Source of the DNA: an uncultured Bdellovibrionales bacterium
GTDB lineage: Bacteria; Patescibacteriota; Minisyncoccia; Moranbacterales; UBA1568
NCBI GenBank assembly: GCA_964385515.1
Contig: CAYLPD010000002.1
Coordinates: forward strand, 1 to 54,758
Length of the DNA: 54,758 bases
Reading direction: 5' to 3'
The notes under the pieces are model-generated. The model had not been told where the DNA came from. It ran no database searches and worked only from the letters and a program-made list of their open reading frames with translations. The translations under genes were made by a program, and so were the position numbers. Below are positions 40,125 through 49,946 of this stretch, piece after piece (positions within the stretch are counted from its first letter, which is position 1; every line of letters begins with the position of its first letter).

Positions 40125-41933
40125 CTATTTGTTCTTCAAAATTTCGAGAAAGGCTTTGGGCGGGATGGTGACACGACCGGTTTCCTTCATCCGTTTCTTA
40201 CCGGCCTTCTGCTTTTCAAGCAGCTTCTTCTTTCGGCTGAAGTCACCGCCATACATATAGCCCGTCACGTCTTTCCGAAACGCCGAGATGGTCTCGCGGG
40301 CGATGACCTTGGCCCCGATCGCAGCCTGAAGTGCGACCGCAAACGCCTGACGCGGAAGGACGTTCTTGAGCCGCTCGACGATTCTCTTCCCTTCCAGTTG
40401 AGCGAGACGGGCCGGAACCATCCGTGAAAATGCTTCGATCTTTTCACCGGCTACGAGAATATCAAGTTTCACGACATCGCTCACGCGGTAACCGATCGGT
40501 TCATAATTCATCGATGCATAGCCCGACGAAACACTTTTCAATTCATCATGAAAATTGACGATGACATCCATCAGCGGCGCCTCAAAAGAGATGATCACCC
40601 TCCCTTCATCAATATACTCAGTATTCTTGTATTCTGAACGGATTGACTGAGCCAGATGCATCACGTTGCCCAGATACTCACCCGGTGTGATGATGGAGAG
40701 TGCGACATATGGCTCAAAAATCGACTCAATTCCAGCGGGATCCGGCATATCCGATGGCGAATACAGCGGCAGCCGGTCGGCTTGACCATGAAGCTGTAAC
40801 TCGTAGACCACTGACGGAGTTGTAATGGTCGGCACGAGTTCGAATTCACGTTCGAGACGCGCCTGAATGATCTCGAGATGGAGAAGACCAAGAAAACCGC
40901 AACGAAATCCACGACCGAGTGCCTGATTACTCTCAGGTTCAAACGTAAATGCCGCATCATTGAGCTTGAGTTTGTCCAAAGCATCGCGCATGAAAGCATA
41001 ATCCTCGCCATCGGTTGGATAGAGACTCGCATAAACAGCCGGTTTAATCTCTCGATACCCGGGCAAGGGTAACACGCCAACGGAGTCACGGTTCCGATTC
41101 TCAAGCGTAATCGTATCGCCCACTCGACACTGAGCGACATCTTTCAGTCCAGTCGCAATATACCCGATATCACCGACTCGTAACGCCAGCTGTGGCGTCA
41201 GTGCTGGAGAAAAATGGCCAACTTCAACCGTCACACTTGTTTTGGCTGTACCGATAAGAGCGATCACATCATCACGTTTCACGGTTCCATCAACCACACG
41301 AACAAATGCCACTACTCCTTTGTACGTATCGTACACTGAATCAAAAATAAGGGCTCGGAGCGGCCGATCAATATCACCAGCCGGTGCAGGAACCCGTTCG
41401 ATGACACGCTCAAGAACTTCACGGACCCCGAGTCCCGTCTTCCCAGATGCGAGAAGGATATCGTCCTCAGCACAACCAATAAGATGGATAATTTCTTTCT
41501 TTGCTTTCTCAACCTCAGCGTTGGGCAAGTCGATTTTATTCACGACCGGGATAATCTCAAGTCCTTGTTCAATCGCCAGATAGAGATTGGCCAAAGTTTG
41601 GGCCTGGACCCCCTTGGTTGCATCAACAAGGAGGATCGCTCCTTCTACCGCCGCGAGGGACCGCGATACTTCATAGTGAAAGTCGACATGCCCCGGAGTA
41701 TCAATGAGATTGAGGTGGTACTCGTTCCCTCGAAACGCATACTTCATTTGCACTGGTTGGAGTTTGATGGTGATGCCACGTTCACGCTCCAGGTCCATCT
41801 GATCGAGCAGCTGCTCCTTCATTTTGCGTTTTTCAATCGTCGAAGTCAGCTCCAGCAGCCGATCAGCCAAAGTTGACTTCCCATGATCAATATGGGCGAT
41901 AATACAGAAATTTCGGATGCGAGATTGATCCAT
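40125..41933 (-). CDS. lepA: Translation elongation factor 4 (LepA)
   Basis: IRNFCIIAHIDHGKSTLADRLL, DTPGHVDF and NKID are present, and the LepA-specific C-terminus ends ...FSRKKKLLEKQKAGKKRMK. Length is 602 aa. Confidence 0.95.
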   Translation of the reverse strand: MDQSRIRNFCIIAHIDHGKSTLADRLLELTSTIEKRKMKEQLLDQMDLERERGITIKLQPVQMKYAFRGNEYHLNLIDTPGHVDFHYEVSRSLAAVEGAILLVDATKGVQAQTLANLYLAIEQGLEIIPVVNKIDLPNAEVEKAKKEIIHLIGCAEDDILLASGKTGLGVREVLERVIERVPAPAGDIDRPLRALIFDSVYDTYKGVVAFVRVVDGTVKRDDVIALIGTAKTSVTVEVGHFSPALTPQLALRVGDIGYIATGLKDVAQCRVGDTITLENRNRDSVGVLPLPGYREIKPAVYASLYPTDGEDYAFMRDALDKLKLNDAAFTFEPESNQALGRGFRCGFLGLLHLEIIQARLEREFELVPTITTPSVVYELQLHGQADRLPLYSPSDMPDPAGIESIFEPYVALSIITPGEYLGNVMHLAQSIRSEYKNTEYIDEGRVIISFEAPLMDVIVNFHDELKSVSSGYASMNYEPIGYRVSDVVKLDILVAGEKIEAFSRMVPARLAQLEGKRIVERLKNVLPRQAFAVALQAAIGAKVIARETISAFRKDVTGYMYGGDFSRKKKLLEKQKAGKKRMKETGRVTIPPKAFLEILKNK

Positions 41934-42237
41934 ACTTGTCTAGCGCATCCTATCCGAATGAGCGCGTTTGGGCAAGCGAGCAAAGACTGTTTGGGATGAC
42001 ATGTCCCCTCCCAATCATATACGTCACTTGCTCTATCCTCCGTGAATGCCAAATTGACAATTTTCTCAATTCAACTATCCTGTTAATACTCATTTCCTGC
42101 CTTCTGAGTGAATTATTGTACCTCTCCTTCCTGCTGTGAAGAGTTGATCTCTGTTCTGTAGCCTCAGAGTGCAGGACAGAAACTGGCTCTCCACCAGGCC
42201 AGTTCATTTATTCACAAAACTGAAGAAGGGAAATAGC

Positions 42238-42483
42238 ATGAACGATCTACTTCTCTGTGATGCCTGTAGAAGTCCGCTGGAGCATTTCTCTCCAGTCGCG
42301 GCACCACGTGACATATCTTCACCTGAGCCAACAAACACGCTCTGGCGAAACTACAGATGCACTTCCTGCGGGGCGGAAAAAACGGTGGGGATAACCTTGC
42401 CGCCAATCCCACGATGTGAGGCGTCTATCACCCGACATCCTCACTCACCCGTTCCAGGCTTGTCCTGGGATCAAGGTGATTGA
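42238..42483 (+). CDS. Hypothetical small zinc-ribbon-like protein
   Basis: 81 aa with CDAC...CTSC (two CxxC pairs about 36 aa apart) and a Pro-rich tail. GAAGGGAAATAGC precedes the ATG. A plus-strand terminator follows at 42517-42548. The longer track ORF (42169) probably over-extends. Confidence 0.45.
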   Translation: MNDLLLCDACRSPLEHFSPVAAPRDISSPEPTNTLWRNYRCTSCGAEKTVGITLPPIPRCEASITRHPHSPVPGLSWDQGD

Positions 42484-42516
42484 TGTCTCAATTCTGCGGG
42501 CTCACTACTCGCAACC

Positions 42517-42548
42517 AGCCGTTTGCAAACTTGCAACGGCTTTTTGTT
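42517..42548 (+). terminator. Candidate rho-independent terminator
   Basis: The stem AGCCGTT / AACGGCT has an 11-nt loop and is followed by TTTTGTT. The minus-strand reading has no T-tract. Confidence 0.55.
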
Positions 42549-42569
42549 ATCCCCTGAATGTATCATCCC

Positions 42570-44222
42570 TTACCAGTCCCCTCGCTCTGGATGGTCCTCA
42601 GCCAGAGCCATCGTCTCAGGTCGGCGCAGGAAACGCTGCCAGATGAAACGCTTGAGTTGAAGATACTCCGGCAATGCAAAATAGGCCGAGAGTGCAAGAT
42701 ATACCACCATGCCAATCAGTACACCGACACTGAGTTTCGTGGCAACTTCAACAAAGGTATCCAGTCGACCAATGGTTAACGCAAAGATACCTTTAGAGAA
42801 CTGGGCAACCGCTGCTGCAACAAGTGAAATACTGACAATCCGTAACACGCCGGCAACGATCGTCCAATCGTGCCAAGCCAACATGCGCCGACGGAGAGCG
42901 CCGTAGAGGAGGACAATATTGATAATGGTCCCAATGGAAAAAGCAATCGCGATGCCGGCAATGGCGAAGCGCGGCAACAGAATGGGAATCAGGGCCAAAT
43001 GGATAATCTCAGAAAACAGGGCAGCAAAAAGCGGTGTCTTCGTATCCTGGAGAGCAAAAAAGGCGCGCGCGAACAACGGTATCAAGCTTTGTGCAAAGAG
43101 TGAAATTGACAGCCAACCAAGAACAGTGAAAGTGAGGATTGTGTCTTCCCAGTTGAAAGCTCCCGCCCCGAGAACGATCCGGACTGTTTCAGCACGAAAG
43201 ATGATCAAGAAAAATGACAACGGCAGCACGAAATAGAGGATACGATGTGTCGTCCTCGTCAAAACCGTAAAGAACTCCGCTTCTTGACACTTTGCCGCAA
43301 GAGTCGTCAATACCGGGAACGAAGCCATCGAAAATGCAATACCAAAAAGGCCGAGTGGTACGCTTTGGATATTATTTGCCAATGTGAACGCCGCCAAGCT
43401 ACCAGAGATAAGTTGAGATGAAAAGACCGTAACGATGACGAGACTGAAATGATTTACCGCCATTGCAATGGAACGCGGCACCATCAAACGAACAACCTGA
43501 CGCAGGGCCGGATCAGAGAGGCTCGATCGAAATGAAATGAAGGAAGAGTGATACCCGCTCCGCCAAAACGCTGGGAGCTGTACGCCCGCATGCAGCAGCG
43601 ATCCAATAACTACACCAACCGCTAATCCAACTGTGCCAAAAGCTGGATACAAGATAGTAATGCCGAAGATAATACCGAGATTATAAAAAACTGGTGCGAA
43701 TGAGTACGCGAGAAATTGTTTGAATGAGACCAATACCCCACCAACAACCGCAGAAATGGCGAGAAAAATTGGTGAGAGCAACATCACACGCGAGAGAGAG
43801 GCTACCAGTGACTGTTTCTCTACTCCGAATCCGGGTGCAATCCAACTGGCCAGGGGCTGAGCGAAGATAATTCCAAGAATGGCGGCAACACCCAGGATCA
43901 GAACAAGCCATTGCAGTGCACTTTGTGTCAAACGCCAAGCAGCCGCCTGCTCTCCACGCGCCCAGAGACCGGTGAAAACCGGAATAAAAGCTGCTGACAA
44001 CGCGCCCAGTACGAGAAGTCCGTAAATAAAATCCGGCAGACGAAAAGCCGCATAATACGCATCCAAAACATCCCCGGCGCCAAACGAAGAAGCCAGCAAA
44101 CGATCTCGCACGAAACCGAGAATACGGCTCACGACACCCGCAAAAGCGATGATAAAAGCCGCGCCCCCGAGAGTTTCGACAGGGCGCCCGCTCCATTGCA
44201 GCAATTGTCGTATCAATCTCAT
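42570..44222 (-). CDS. murJ: Lipid II flippase MurJ (MviN)
   Basis: 550 aa. The N-terminus SRILGFVRDRLLASSFGAGDVLDAYYAAFRLPDF is typical of MurJ. About 14 TM helices. Confidence 0.9.
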   Translation of the reverse strand: MRLIRQLLQWSGRPVETLGGAAFIIAFAGVVSRILGFVRDRLLASSFGAGDVLDAYYAAFRLPDFIYGLLVLGALSAAFIPVFTGLWARGEQAAAWRLTQSALQWLVLILGVAAILGIIFAQPLASWIAPGFGVEKQSLVASLSRVMLLSPIFLAISAVVGGVLVSFKQFLAYSFAPVFYNLGIIFGITILYPAFGTVGLAVGVVIGSLLHAGVQLPAFWRSGYHSSFISFRSSLSDPALRQVVRLMVPRSIAMAVNHFSLVIVTVFSSQLISGSLAAFTLANNIQSVPLGLFGIAFSMASFPVLTTLAAKCQEAEFFTVLTRTTHRILYFVLPLSFFLIIFRAETVRIVLGAGAFNWEDTILTFTVLGWLSISLFAQSLIPLFARAFFALQDTKTPLFAALFSEIIHLALIPILLPRFAIAGIAIAFSIGTIINIVLLYGALRRRMLAWHDWTIVAGVLRIVSISLVAAAVAQFSKGIFALTIGRLDTFVEVATKLSVGVLIGMVVYLALSAYFALPEYLQLKRFIWQRFLRRPETMALAEDHPERGDW

Positions 44223-44238
44223 CTCAGACAGAAAATAT

Positions 44239-46332
44239 TCACTTCTGACTCATCGCCGGTCGACCAAACACCACTCCCCAATAGAAATCTTTACTCAGTG
44301 TTTGATGGGTCTGATACACACGCTGGTACGGTATCAAATTTCCCGGGGTCTGCCAAACTGGTTGAAGCCCCTCGGGATAATGAATAGATGCGGTGAGCTG
44401 GGAGCCATCCGTACCGGACTGCTTTTGGTACAGTGCCGCGTACGCCGTAGCCGGCACATCGATACTCTCATCAAGCGCGACCCGAAAGGGAAGATCATAC
44501 ACGTATCGGAGAGTCACGGATTCGCCCGGACTCACATAGACCCAATTCCCAAATACCGTCTTGCCAGCATCCTCTGAGATCCGTGTACCACTCACTTCAT
44601 CGAGTACCATCCCCTCTTCTTCTCGAACAATATCAGGATCCTGACGAAAGCCGAGTGCCAGATAATCAATTGGCGCTTCAGGAAATTCTCGAGTCATTCC
44701 TTCCGCTGAGATGAGAACCGAACCTTTGGGCACATAGACACGGCAATAGTCAGCATTCACCTTATTCCACCAGGCGTACGCTGTACCACCCCCATGATGC
44801 TCGCGTGTGATTGTCACTGTATCGCGCACGGTTCCGTCGGATCGGATCTCTGCTTCATGTTGAATGGTTTCCTGAACGACGCCATCAGTCTTGTAACCAT
44901 TGATATTTGTATGGATGACCGATAAATAATCATGTGACGTCGGCAGTATCTCGCCTGACCAACCTGCGCCCTGGATAAGCGACTGGACATCTGGATGTCG
45001 TGAATAGAGGAGGATATGTTTCTCGTTCAAAAGTGCTGCAAGCGTCATACCAAGCCCCCACGTTTCACTCGGATGTTCAAACGCGAGAAAGCGCTGGAGC
45101 AAAGCTTCGGTCAGATCGCCTAGGATACGCTTGGGTTCATTTTCTTCCTTGTCATATTTCTCTTCGACCTCTTCTTGGATGATGGGCATGTAATTCTCTG
45201 TATCAATCGTGACGCCGTACTCCGGCAACGAGATTGGCCCGACAAGCGCGAGGATACGTCGAAGCACTTCCGGCGTCAACGTAATAATGCCATCAACCGT
45301 TGGCCCACCCGTCTTTTCATAGAAATACATGGCTTTCTCCGCAGAGGTCGGAAAATCAGGAAACCAGTTGCTATCATGTAAACTCCACCCAGCGCTAATC
45401 TTCTGAATCGGTTTCGGTGGCACAATGTTTTCTTTCAGCTGCCCGTCTGGATTGAAAATCCCATCAACAAAGAAACGACGAATCCGCCCTTGATTCACAT
45501 CCAGGAGCGCATAACTTCCGATGAATCCACCGGTGGCTCGCAGCTCATGGTTATTTTGAAACAGAAAGAGGTACACCCGAGGTCCATTTGCACCGAGCAG
45601 TTCCGCAAACAGCGCCTGGTGTTCCACATAACCTTCCATCAACGACACCGCAATCGGCACCCCCTCACGAGCGAGGATGAAGTCCTTTCGGTATGCTTCG
45701 GGCAATGTCTCAGGCCGAACCCGCGCAAAGGCATCTCTCACCATCAACAAGTGGGTTTTTGCTTCTGCCGTGACTCGCGCTGATGCTCTCAATACGTCAA
45801 TCCGAGAACCAACACCACTCGGTGCCTCAGAAGTTTCGAGAAACAAAGGTAGCACCTCAAGGATTAATTCGGCTGATTCTACTCCTTCCCGCCCAGCCGA
45901 AAAAAGTGCCTGAGCAGAAATACCTTGCGCCAAGCCTGGTATCTTTCCCAACGAATCTGGTAACCATGCAAATGGACGAAGGAGTTGTGCCCCACGCGTG
46001 AAGTCATTTTTGGCACGTTGTAAATGCAATCGACTTGTCTCGAAGTCTTTCTCTCGAGCACTGGTAACAGCCACTTTCAGTTCTGTGAGGGCTGACGTAC
46101 CAGCAGCGACCACGGCCCGTTGAAACCAGTACGCCCCAAAAATCAAGCCCCCAAGAACGAACAGTATGCTCAGCAACATCCAAGAACGAGAGAAGTACCG
46201 CCGTGTTAGTTTGGATGGTGAGACAGGCAATGGAGTCGGTGAGGCATGCGTCGCACGAAGCATTCCAGGACCACCTGTTGGGTACGACCTGGGAGAACGG
46301 GTATAACGGATGTTGCGCTGAATGTCACGCAT
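44239..46332 (-). CDS. Large membrane-anchored extracytoplasmic protein, DUF4012-like
   Basis: A single N-terminal TM (WMLLSILFVLGGLIFGAYWF) is followed by about 640 aa of soluble sequence. LRATGGFIGSYALLDVNQGRI resembles my memory of DUF4012. I chose ATG 46332, 10 nt after the upstream stop. The track start would overlap the GT gene by about 190 nt. Confidence 0.6.
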   Translation of the reverse strand: MRDIQRNIRYTRSPRSYPTGGPGMLRATHASPTPLPVSPSKLTRRYFSRSWMLLSILFVLGGLIFGAYWFQRAVVAAGTSALTELKVAVTSAREKDFETSRLHLQRAKNDFTRGAQLLRPFAWLPDSLGKIPGLAQGISAQALFSAGREGVESAELILEVLPLFLETSEAPSGVGSRIDVLRASARVTAEAKTHLLMVRDAFARVRPETLPEAYRKDFILAREGVPIAVSLMEGYVEHQALFAELLGANGPRVYLFLFQNNHELRATGGFIGSYALLDVNQGRIRRFFVDGIFNPDGQLKENIVPPKPIQKISAGWSLHDSNWFPDFPTSAEKAMYFYEKTGGPTVDGIITLTPEVLRRILALVGPISLPEYGVTIDTENYMPIIQEEVEEKYDKEENEPKRILGDLTEALLQRFLAFEHPSETWGLGMTLAALLNEKHILLYSRHPDVQSLIQGAGWSGEILPTSHDYLSVIHTNINGYKTDGVVQETIQHEAEIRSDGTVRDTVTITREHHGGGTAYAWWNKVNADYCRVYVPKGSVLISAEGMTREFPEAPIDYLALGFRQDPDIVREEEGMVLDEVSGTRISEDAGKTVFGNWVYVSPGESVTLRYVYDLPFRVALDESIDVPATAYAALYQKQSGTDGSQLTASIHYPEGLQPVWQTPGNLIPYQRVYQTHQTLSKDFYWGVVFGRPAMSQK

Positions 46333-46342
46333 AATGCTCACT

Positions 46343-47494
46343 CTAGTATCGCCTTGATAGAACGGTTCCGTAAAGAGCCAGCGTCTCTCGTGCCATCCGT
46401 CGCCACGAGAAAAGCTGCGTCCGAACAAACCCCGCCGTCCGATACTGATCATGTTGCTCACCTCGGATCGCACTCTCCAACGCTTGATGACACGAATGCA
46501 TATCTGCTGGATCGAAATATCGAGCCGCAGGGCCATAGACTTCAGGCAATGAGCCAGCTCGCGCCGCTACCACCGGTGTTCCAACATTCATTGCTTCGAG
46601 TCCCGGGAGTCCGAAACCTTCATACAACGAAGGAAAAAAATAAACTGTTGCATTACGATACAGCACACCCAGTACCCGGTCGTCGACAAATCCAGCGAAC
46701 TGTATATTCCCCACTCGCGCCGCCATCACCCGCTCGCGAAACGCGTGGTAGAAATAATCTTCCTTACCAACACAGAGGAAAATGATATCCGGTTGGGTAG
46801 GAGCAATACGGAGCAATAACTCAAGATTCTTGTGCGGGTAAGCATTGCCAACGTAGAGTACAAAAGGGAGAATTTTTTCTTCCTCCCCCACTCTTTGACA
46901 CAATCCCAATGACCGTAAGCAGTCCAGTTCCGCTCCATGTGGCAACCAAGAACAGTCTGCATCTGCTGCTTCCCGCGTGACACTGATCTTGCTTTGGGAG
47001 TAGGGAAAAGTAGCAGCAATATCAAGCCGGGTAAAATCGGAAACCGTGATAATCGCACGTGCACGTCGGATAGCCAATGAAATGACCACGCGATAGGCAA
47101 GGTACTTCAGCCAATAGAGCAGCGGCGGCAGCTCACTCGCCTTCACGGTCGGAAAATGAAACAGGATCAGATCATGTACCGTGACGACAAAAGGTGTCGA
47201 TACCAGGATGGGAACATTGAAATGTGGGAAATGAATGAGATCCAAACGATAGCGCCGAAGCAGAACAGGAAATACAAGCTGTTCCCGCCAGCCATACCAA
47301 GGAAAATCAGCTTCTACTTTCTCAAAACGTGGATTCGAGGGTTGGTACTCGGTGAAATTCTCATGTCGGAGGAATACAACATACGAGTTTGTATCTTCTG
47401 AGATCTGTTCCAGATGAGTGATAAGCTTTTCCGTATACCGCCCCAATCCCTTTCCCAAGGATCCATAGAAACGAGCGTCAATGCCAATCTTCAT
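46343..47494 (-). CDS. Glycosyltransferase, GT-B fold (family 4-like)
   Basis: MKIGIDARFYGSLGKGLGRYT at the N-terminus and PSLYEGFGLPGLEAMNVGTPVVAARAGSLPEV near the C-terminus. Confidence 0.85.
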   Translation of the reverse strand: MKIGIDARFYGSLGKGLGRYTEKLITHLEQISEDTNSYVVFLRHENFTEYQPSNPRFEKVEADFPWYGWREQLVFPVLLRRYRLDLIHFPHFNVPILVSTPFVVTVHDLILFHFPTVKASELPPLLYWLKYLAYRVVISLAIRRARAIITVSDFTRLDIAATFPYSQSKISVTREAADADCSWLPHGAELDCLRSLGLCQRVGEEEKILPFVLYVGNAYPHKNLELLLRIAPTQPDIIFLCVGKEDYFYHAFRERVMAARVGNIQFAGFVDDRVLGVLYRNATVYFFPSLYEGFGLPGLEAMNVGTPVVAARAGSLPEVYGPAARYFDPADMHSCHQALESAIRGEQHDQYRTAGFVRTQLFSWRRMARETLALYGTVLSRRY

Positions 47495-48213
47495 ACCCGA
47501 AATGTTTGTCTGGATTTGTCCAGTTCAGATCTCGATGTTCCGTTCAGCGAATACACATAGATTGCCTGGGCAGCAAGAATATTGAAAATACCCATCTCTT
47601 CCACCTGATTCTTGATCTTATGGAAAATGAGGAAGGCAGCAATGCCATCAGCTTCTTCGGGCGAGCGAACAAATGACAACTTTCCTTCTTCCCAGATATA
47701 TTTTTTAGTCTTGAGAAGGTGTTTTCCGGTAATTGATTGCTTCCCCCCAAGTCGTTTCCTATCCCCAACTTCATACTGCTCAAGCACCTCCTGTTTCCCA
47801 ACATCAACAAAAACGAGGGCGACGCTATCTGTCTGCGCCAAAAGTCGTGTGGCTTCCAAAATTGGATTATAGCGCTCAACCCCCTTCCGCTCGGACAATG
47901 GTGTTTCGGTTCGTGTCAGCGATACAATCATATTCCGAAGGATTTCAATTCGACGATTCATCTCTCCAATGTACGAGTAAGACTGCGAGAGATCTTTCCG
48001 AATCTGATTTGCCTCCTGCTGAAGCGAGAGTTTTTCACGCACCGCACGGAGAAAAGCTGACTCCTTGCCTAAATAGAGAAGCAGACCAAGCATCCCAAAA
48101 CAAAAAATAAGCACTGCCTCTAGATCTGCCTCACTGAAAAAAAGAACACCATCGCGTGTCAACTCAGGCGTCACTACCATGGCCATGAAGAGAAGAAGGT
48201 ACGCCCAGTACAT
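47491..48213 (-). CDS. Hypothetical membrane protein with coiled-coil and a possible GAF-like C-terminal domain
   Basis: Two N-terminal TM helices, a heptad-like stretch (LRAVREKLSLQQEANQIRKDLSQSYSYIGEMNRRIEILRNM) and a globular C-terminus of about 130 aa. Its stop overlaps the GT4 start as ATGA. Confidence 0.5.
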   Translation of the reverse strand: MYWAYLLLFMAMVVTPELTRDGVLFFSEADLEAVLIFCFGMLGLLLYLGKESAFLRAVREKLSLQQEANQIRKDLSQSYSYIGEMNRRIEILRNMIVSLTRTETPLSERKGVERYNPILEATRLLAQTDSVALVFVDVGKQEVLEQYEVGDRKRLGGKQSITGKHLLKTKKYIWEEGKLSFVRSPEEADGIAAFLIFHKIKNQVEEMGIFNILAAQAIYVYSLNGTSRSELDKSRQTFRV

Positions 48214-48232
48214 AATTATTGCTTTGTCACAC

Positions 48233-49123
48233 TTACAGTTTCAAGGCCCTGAGATACACGCGCAGCCGTTCGCTCACCTCATGATGCTGAAGCCCGAGAT
48301 GAATCGTGGCCTTGATAAAATTAAATTTATCACCCGTATCGAGCCATTCGCCAATAAGCTTCCGGCCATAGAGAGGTCGACCGTTCTCGAGCATCTGGTC
48401 AAAAGCATCAGCGAGACGAATCTCACCACTCTTCCCCTCCTTCATTGATTCGAGGACCTTGAAAACTTCCGGTGTAATAATATATTTCCCAACCGCAACG
48501 AGATTGGAAGGTGCGTCTTCCGGTTTCGGTTTTTCCACCATTCCCTTCACCTCATAGGTACATTCGTCCAGGGGAACGCCCTCGATCACACCGAACTTCG
48601 ACACATCCTCATGTGCTACTTCCGAAAGCCCAATGACCGGATCGTGATACTTTTCGTAGGTCTCAATCAGCTGGCGAGAAGCCGGTACAACCGCATCATA
48701 GAGACAGTCACCAAAAATAACGAGGACACTTTCATCATCATCTACAAGGTGAGCTGCCTGCAAGAGCGCGTGACCATCGCCGAGCGGAACTGGTTGACGA
48801 ACGTATGAGAAACGAGCCAGACTCGATATTTTTCGCACGGCATCAAGCAACTCGTGTTTATTTTTTTCTACTAACGTATCCTCAAGTTCATACGACACAT
48901 CGAAATGATCCTCAATCGCACGTTTGCCGCGACCAGTCACAAAGATGATCTCCTCAATCCCTGATGCCACTGCCTCCTCAACAAGATATTGGATAACTGG
49001 CTTATCAACCACCGGCAACATTTCTTTCGGTTGTGCCTTGGTCGCGGGCAGAAACCGTGTTCCGAATCCAGCCACTGGAAGGATCGCTTTCGTCACCCGT
49101 CTTTGAGGATTTTGCATATGCAA
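48233..49123 (-). CDS. galU: UTP--glucose-1-phosphate uridylyltransferase
   Basis: KAILPVAGFGTRFLPATKAQPKEMLPVVDKPVIQYLVEEA is the GalU signature N-terminus. Length is 296 aa. Confidence 0.9.
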   Translation of the reverse strand: MHMQNPQRRVTKAILPVAGFGTRFLPATKAQPKEMLPVVDKPVIQYLVEEAVASGIEEIIFVTGRGKRAIEDHFDVSYELEDTLVEKNKHELLDAVRKISSLARFSYVRQPVPLGDGHALLQAAHLVDDDESVLVIFGDCLYDAVVPASRQLIETYEKYHDPVIGLSEVAHEDVSKFGVIEGVPLDECTYEVKGMVEKPKPEDAPSNLVAVGKYIITPEVFKVLESMKEGKSGEIRLADAFDQMLENGRPLYGRKLIGEWLDTGDKFNFIKATIHLGLQHHEVSERLRVYLRALKL

Positions 49124-49144
49124 CGTATCTACAATTTAGATAAT

Positions 49145-49942
49145 TTATTTCTGGAGCGAGATAATGCGCTTAAACTCTCGATTGTATTCTGTCAGTGCTT
49201 CTTCGATCATTGGATGGAAATGCGCTCGGAAGTTCTTCTCACGTACATGGACACTGGCATCGAGAAGCGAATCATGTGTTCCGACATCAAACCAGGCACC
49301 ATCAATGACGTGCACATCGAGAAGGCTCTTTTTCAGATAGTGATTATGCAGATCGGTGATCTCGAGTTCGCCGCGACCAGATGGCGTGAGATGTTTTGCT
49401 ACTTCGACCACTTCGGCATCATAGACATACAGACCTGGAATCGCATAACGGCTCTTTGGCTCCTTTGGCTTTTCAACGATAGAAACCACCTTGCCCGAAG
49501 CCGCATCAAATTCAACCACACCGAAACGCTCTGGGTCCGGGACTTCTTTCGCAAAAATCCGTCCGCCTTTCTCAAAGCTCTGGATCGCCTCGGAAAAATC
49601 ACTCTCAAAAAGATTATCCCCAAGAATCATCGTACACGGACCATTGTCGATAAAATCTTCTCCTAGAATGAAGGCCTCCGCTAGGCCGCGCGGTTCTTTT
49701 TGGACAACAAATGAAATATTCACACCATATTTACGCAGCAGCGAACCCAGAAGGTTCAGATAGTTTCCGGCATGTTCCGGTGAGACGATGACGAGGATAT
49801 CACGGATACCGGCAGACACGAGAGTATTGAGGGGATAAAAAATCATCGGGCGATCATAGACCGGGAGAAGCTGTTTTGATGCGATAGCGGTGAGTGGTAG
49901 AAGCCGCGTACCATTGCCACCAGCAAGAATGATACCTTTCAT
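49145..49942 (-). CDS. rmlA: Glucose-1-phosphate thymidylyltransferase-like sugar nucleotidyltransferase (short RmlA type)
   Basis: MKGIILAGGNGTRLLPLTAIASKQLLPVYDRPMIFYPL, then PRGLAEAF and EKPKEPKS. At 265 aa it is shorter than classical RmlA, so sugar specificity is uncertain. Confidence 0.75.
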   Translation of the reverse strand: MKGIILAGGNGTRLLPLTAIASKQLLPVYDRPMIFYPLNTLVSAGIRDILVIVSPEHAGNYLNLLGSLLRKYGVNISFVVQKEPRGLAEAFILGEDFIDNGPCTMILGDNLFESDFSEAIQSFEKGGRIFAKEVPDPERFGVVEFDAASGKVVSIVEKPKEPKSRYAIPGLYVYDAEVVEVAKHLTPSGRGELEITDLHNHYLKKSLLDVHVIDGAWFDVGTHDSLLDASVHVREKNFRAHFHPMIEEALTEYNREFKRIISLQK

Positions 49943-49946
49943 AACG

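Noticed and set aside
39984-40427. 147-aa plus-strand ORF spanning the trxA-lepA spacer and the 3' end of lepA.
   Set aside because: It is antisense to the strongly supported lepA gene over most of its length, and I recognise no motif.
42053-42090. TTGACA at about 42053 as the promoter of an sRNA in the lepA-murJ spacer.
   Set aside because: No acceptable -10 hexamer lies at 16-19 nt spacing. At 17 nt the hexamer is ATCCTG, and TTAATA lies about 24 nt away.
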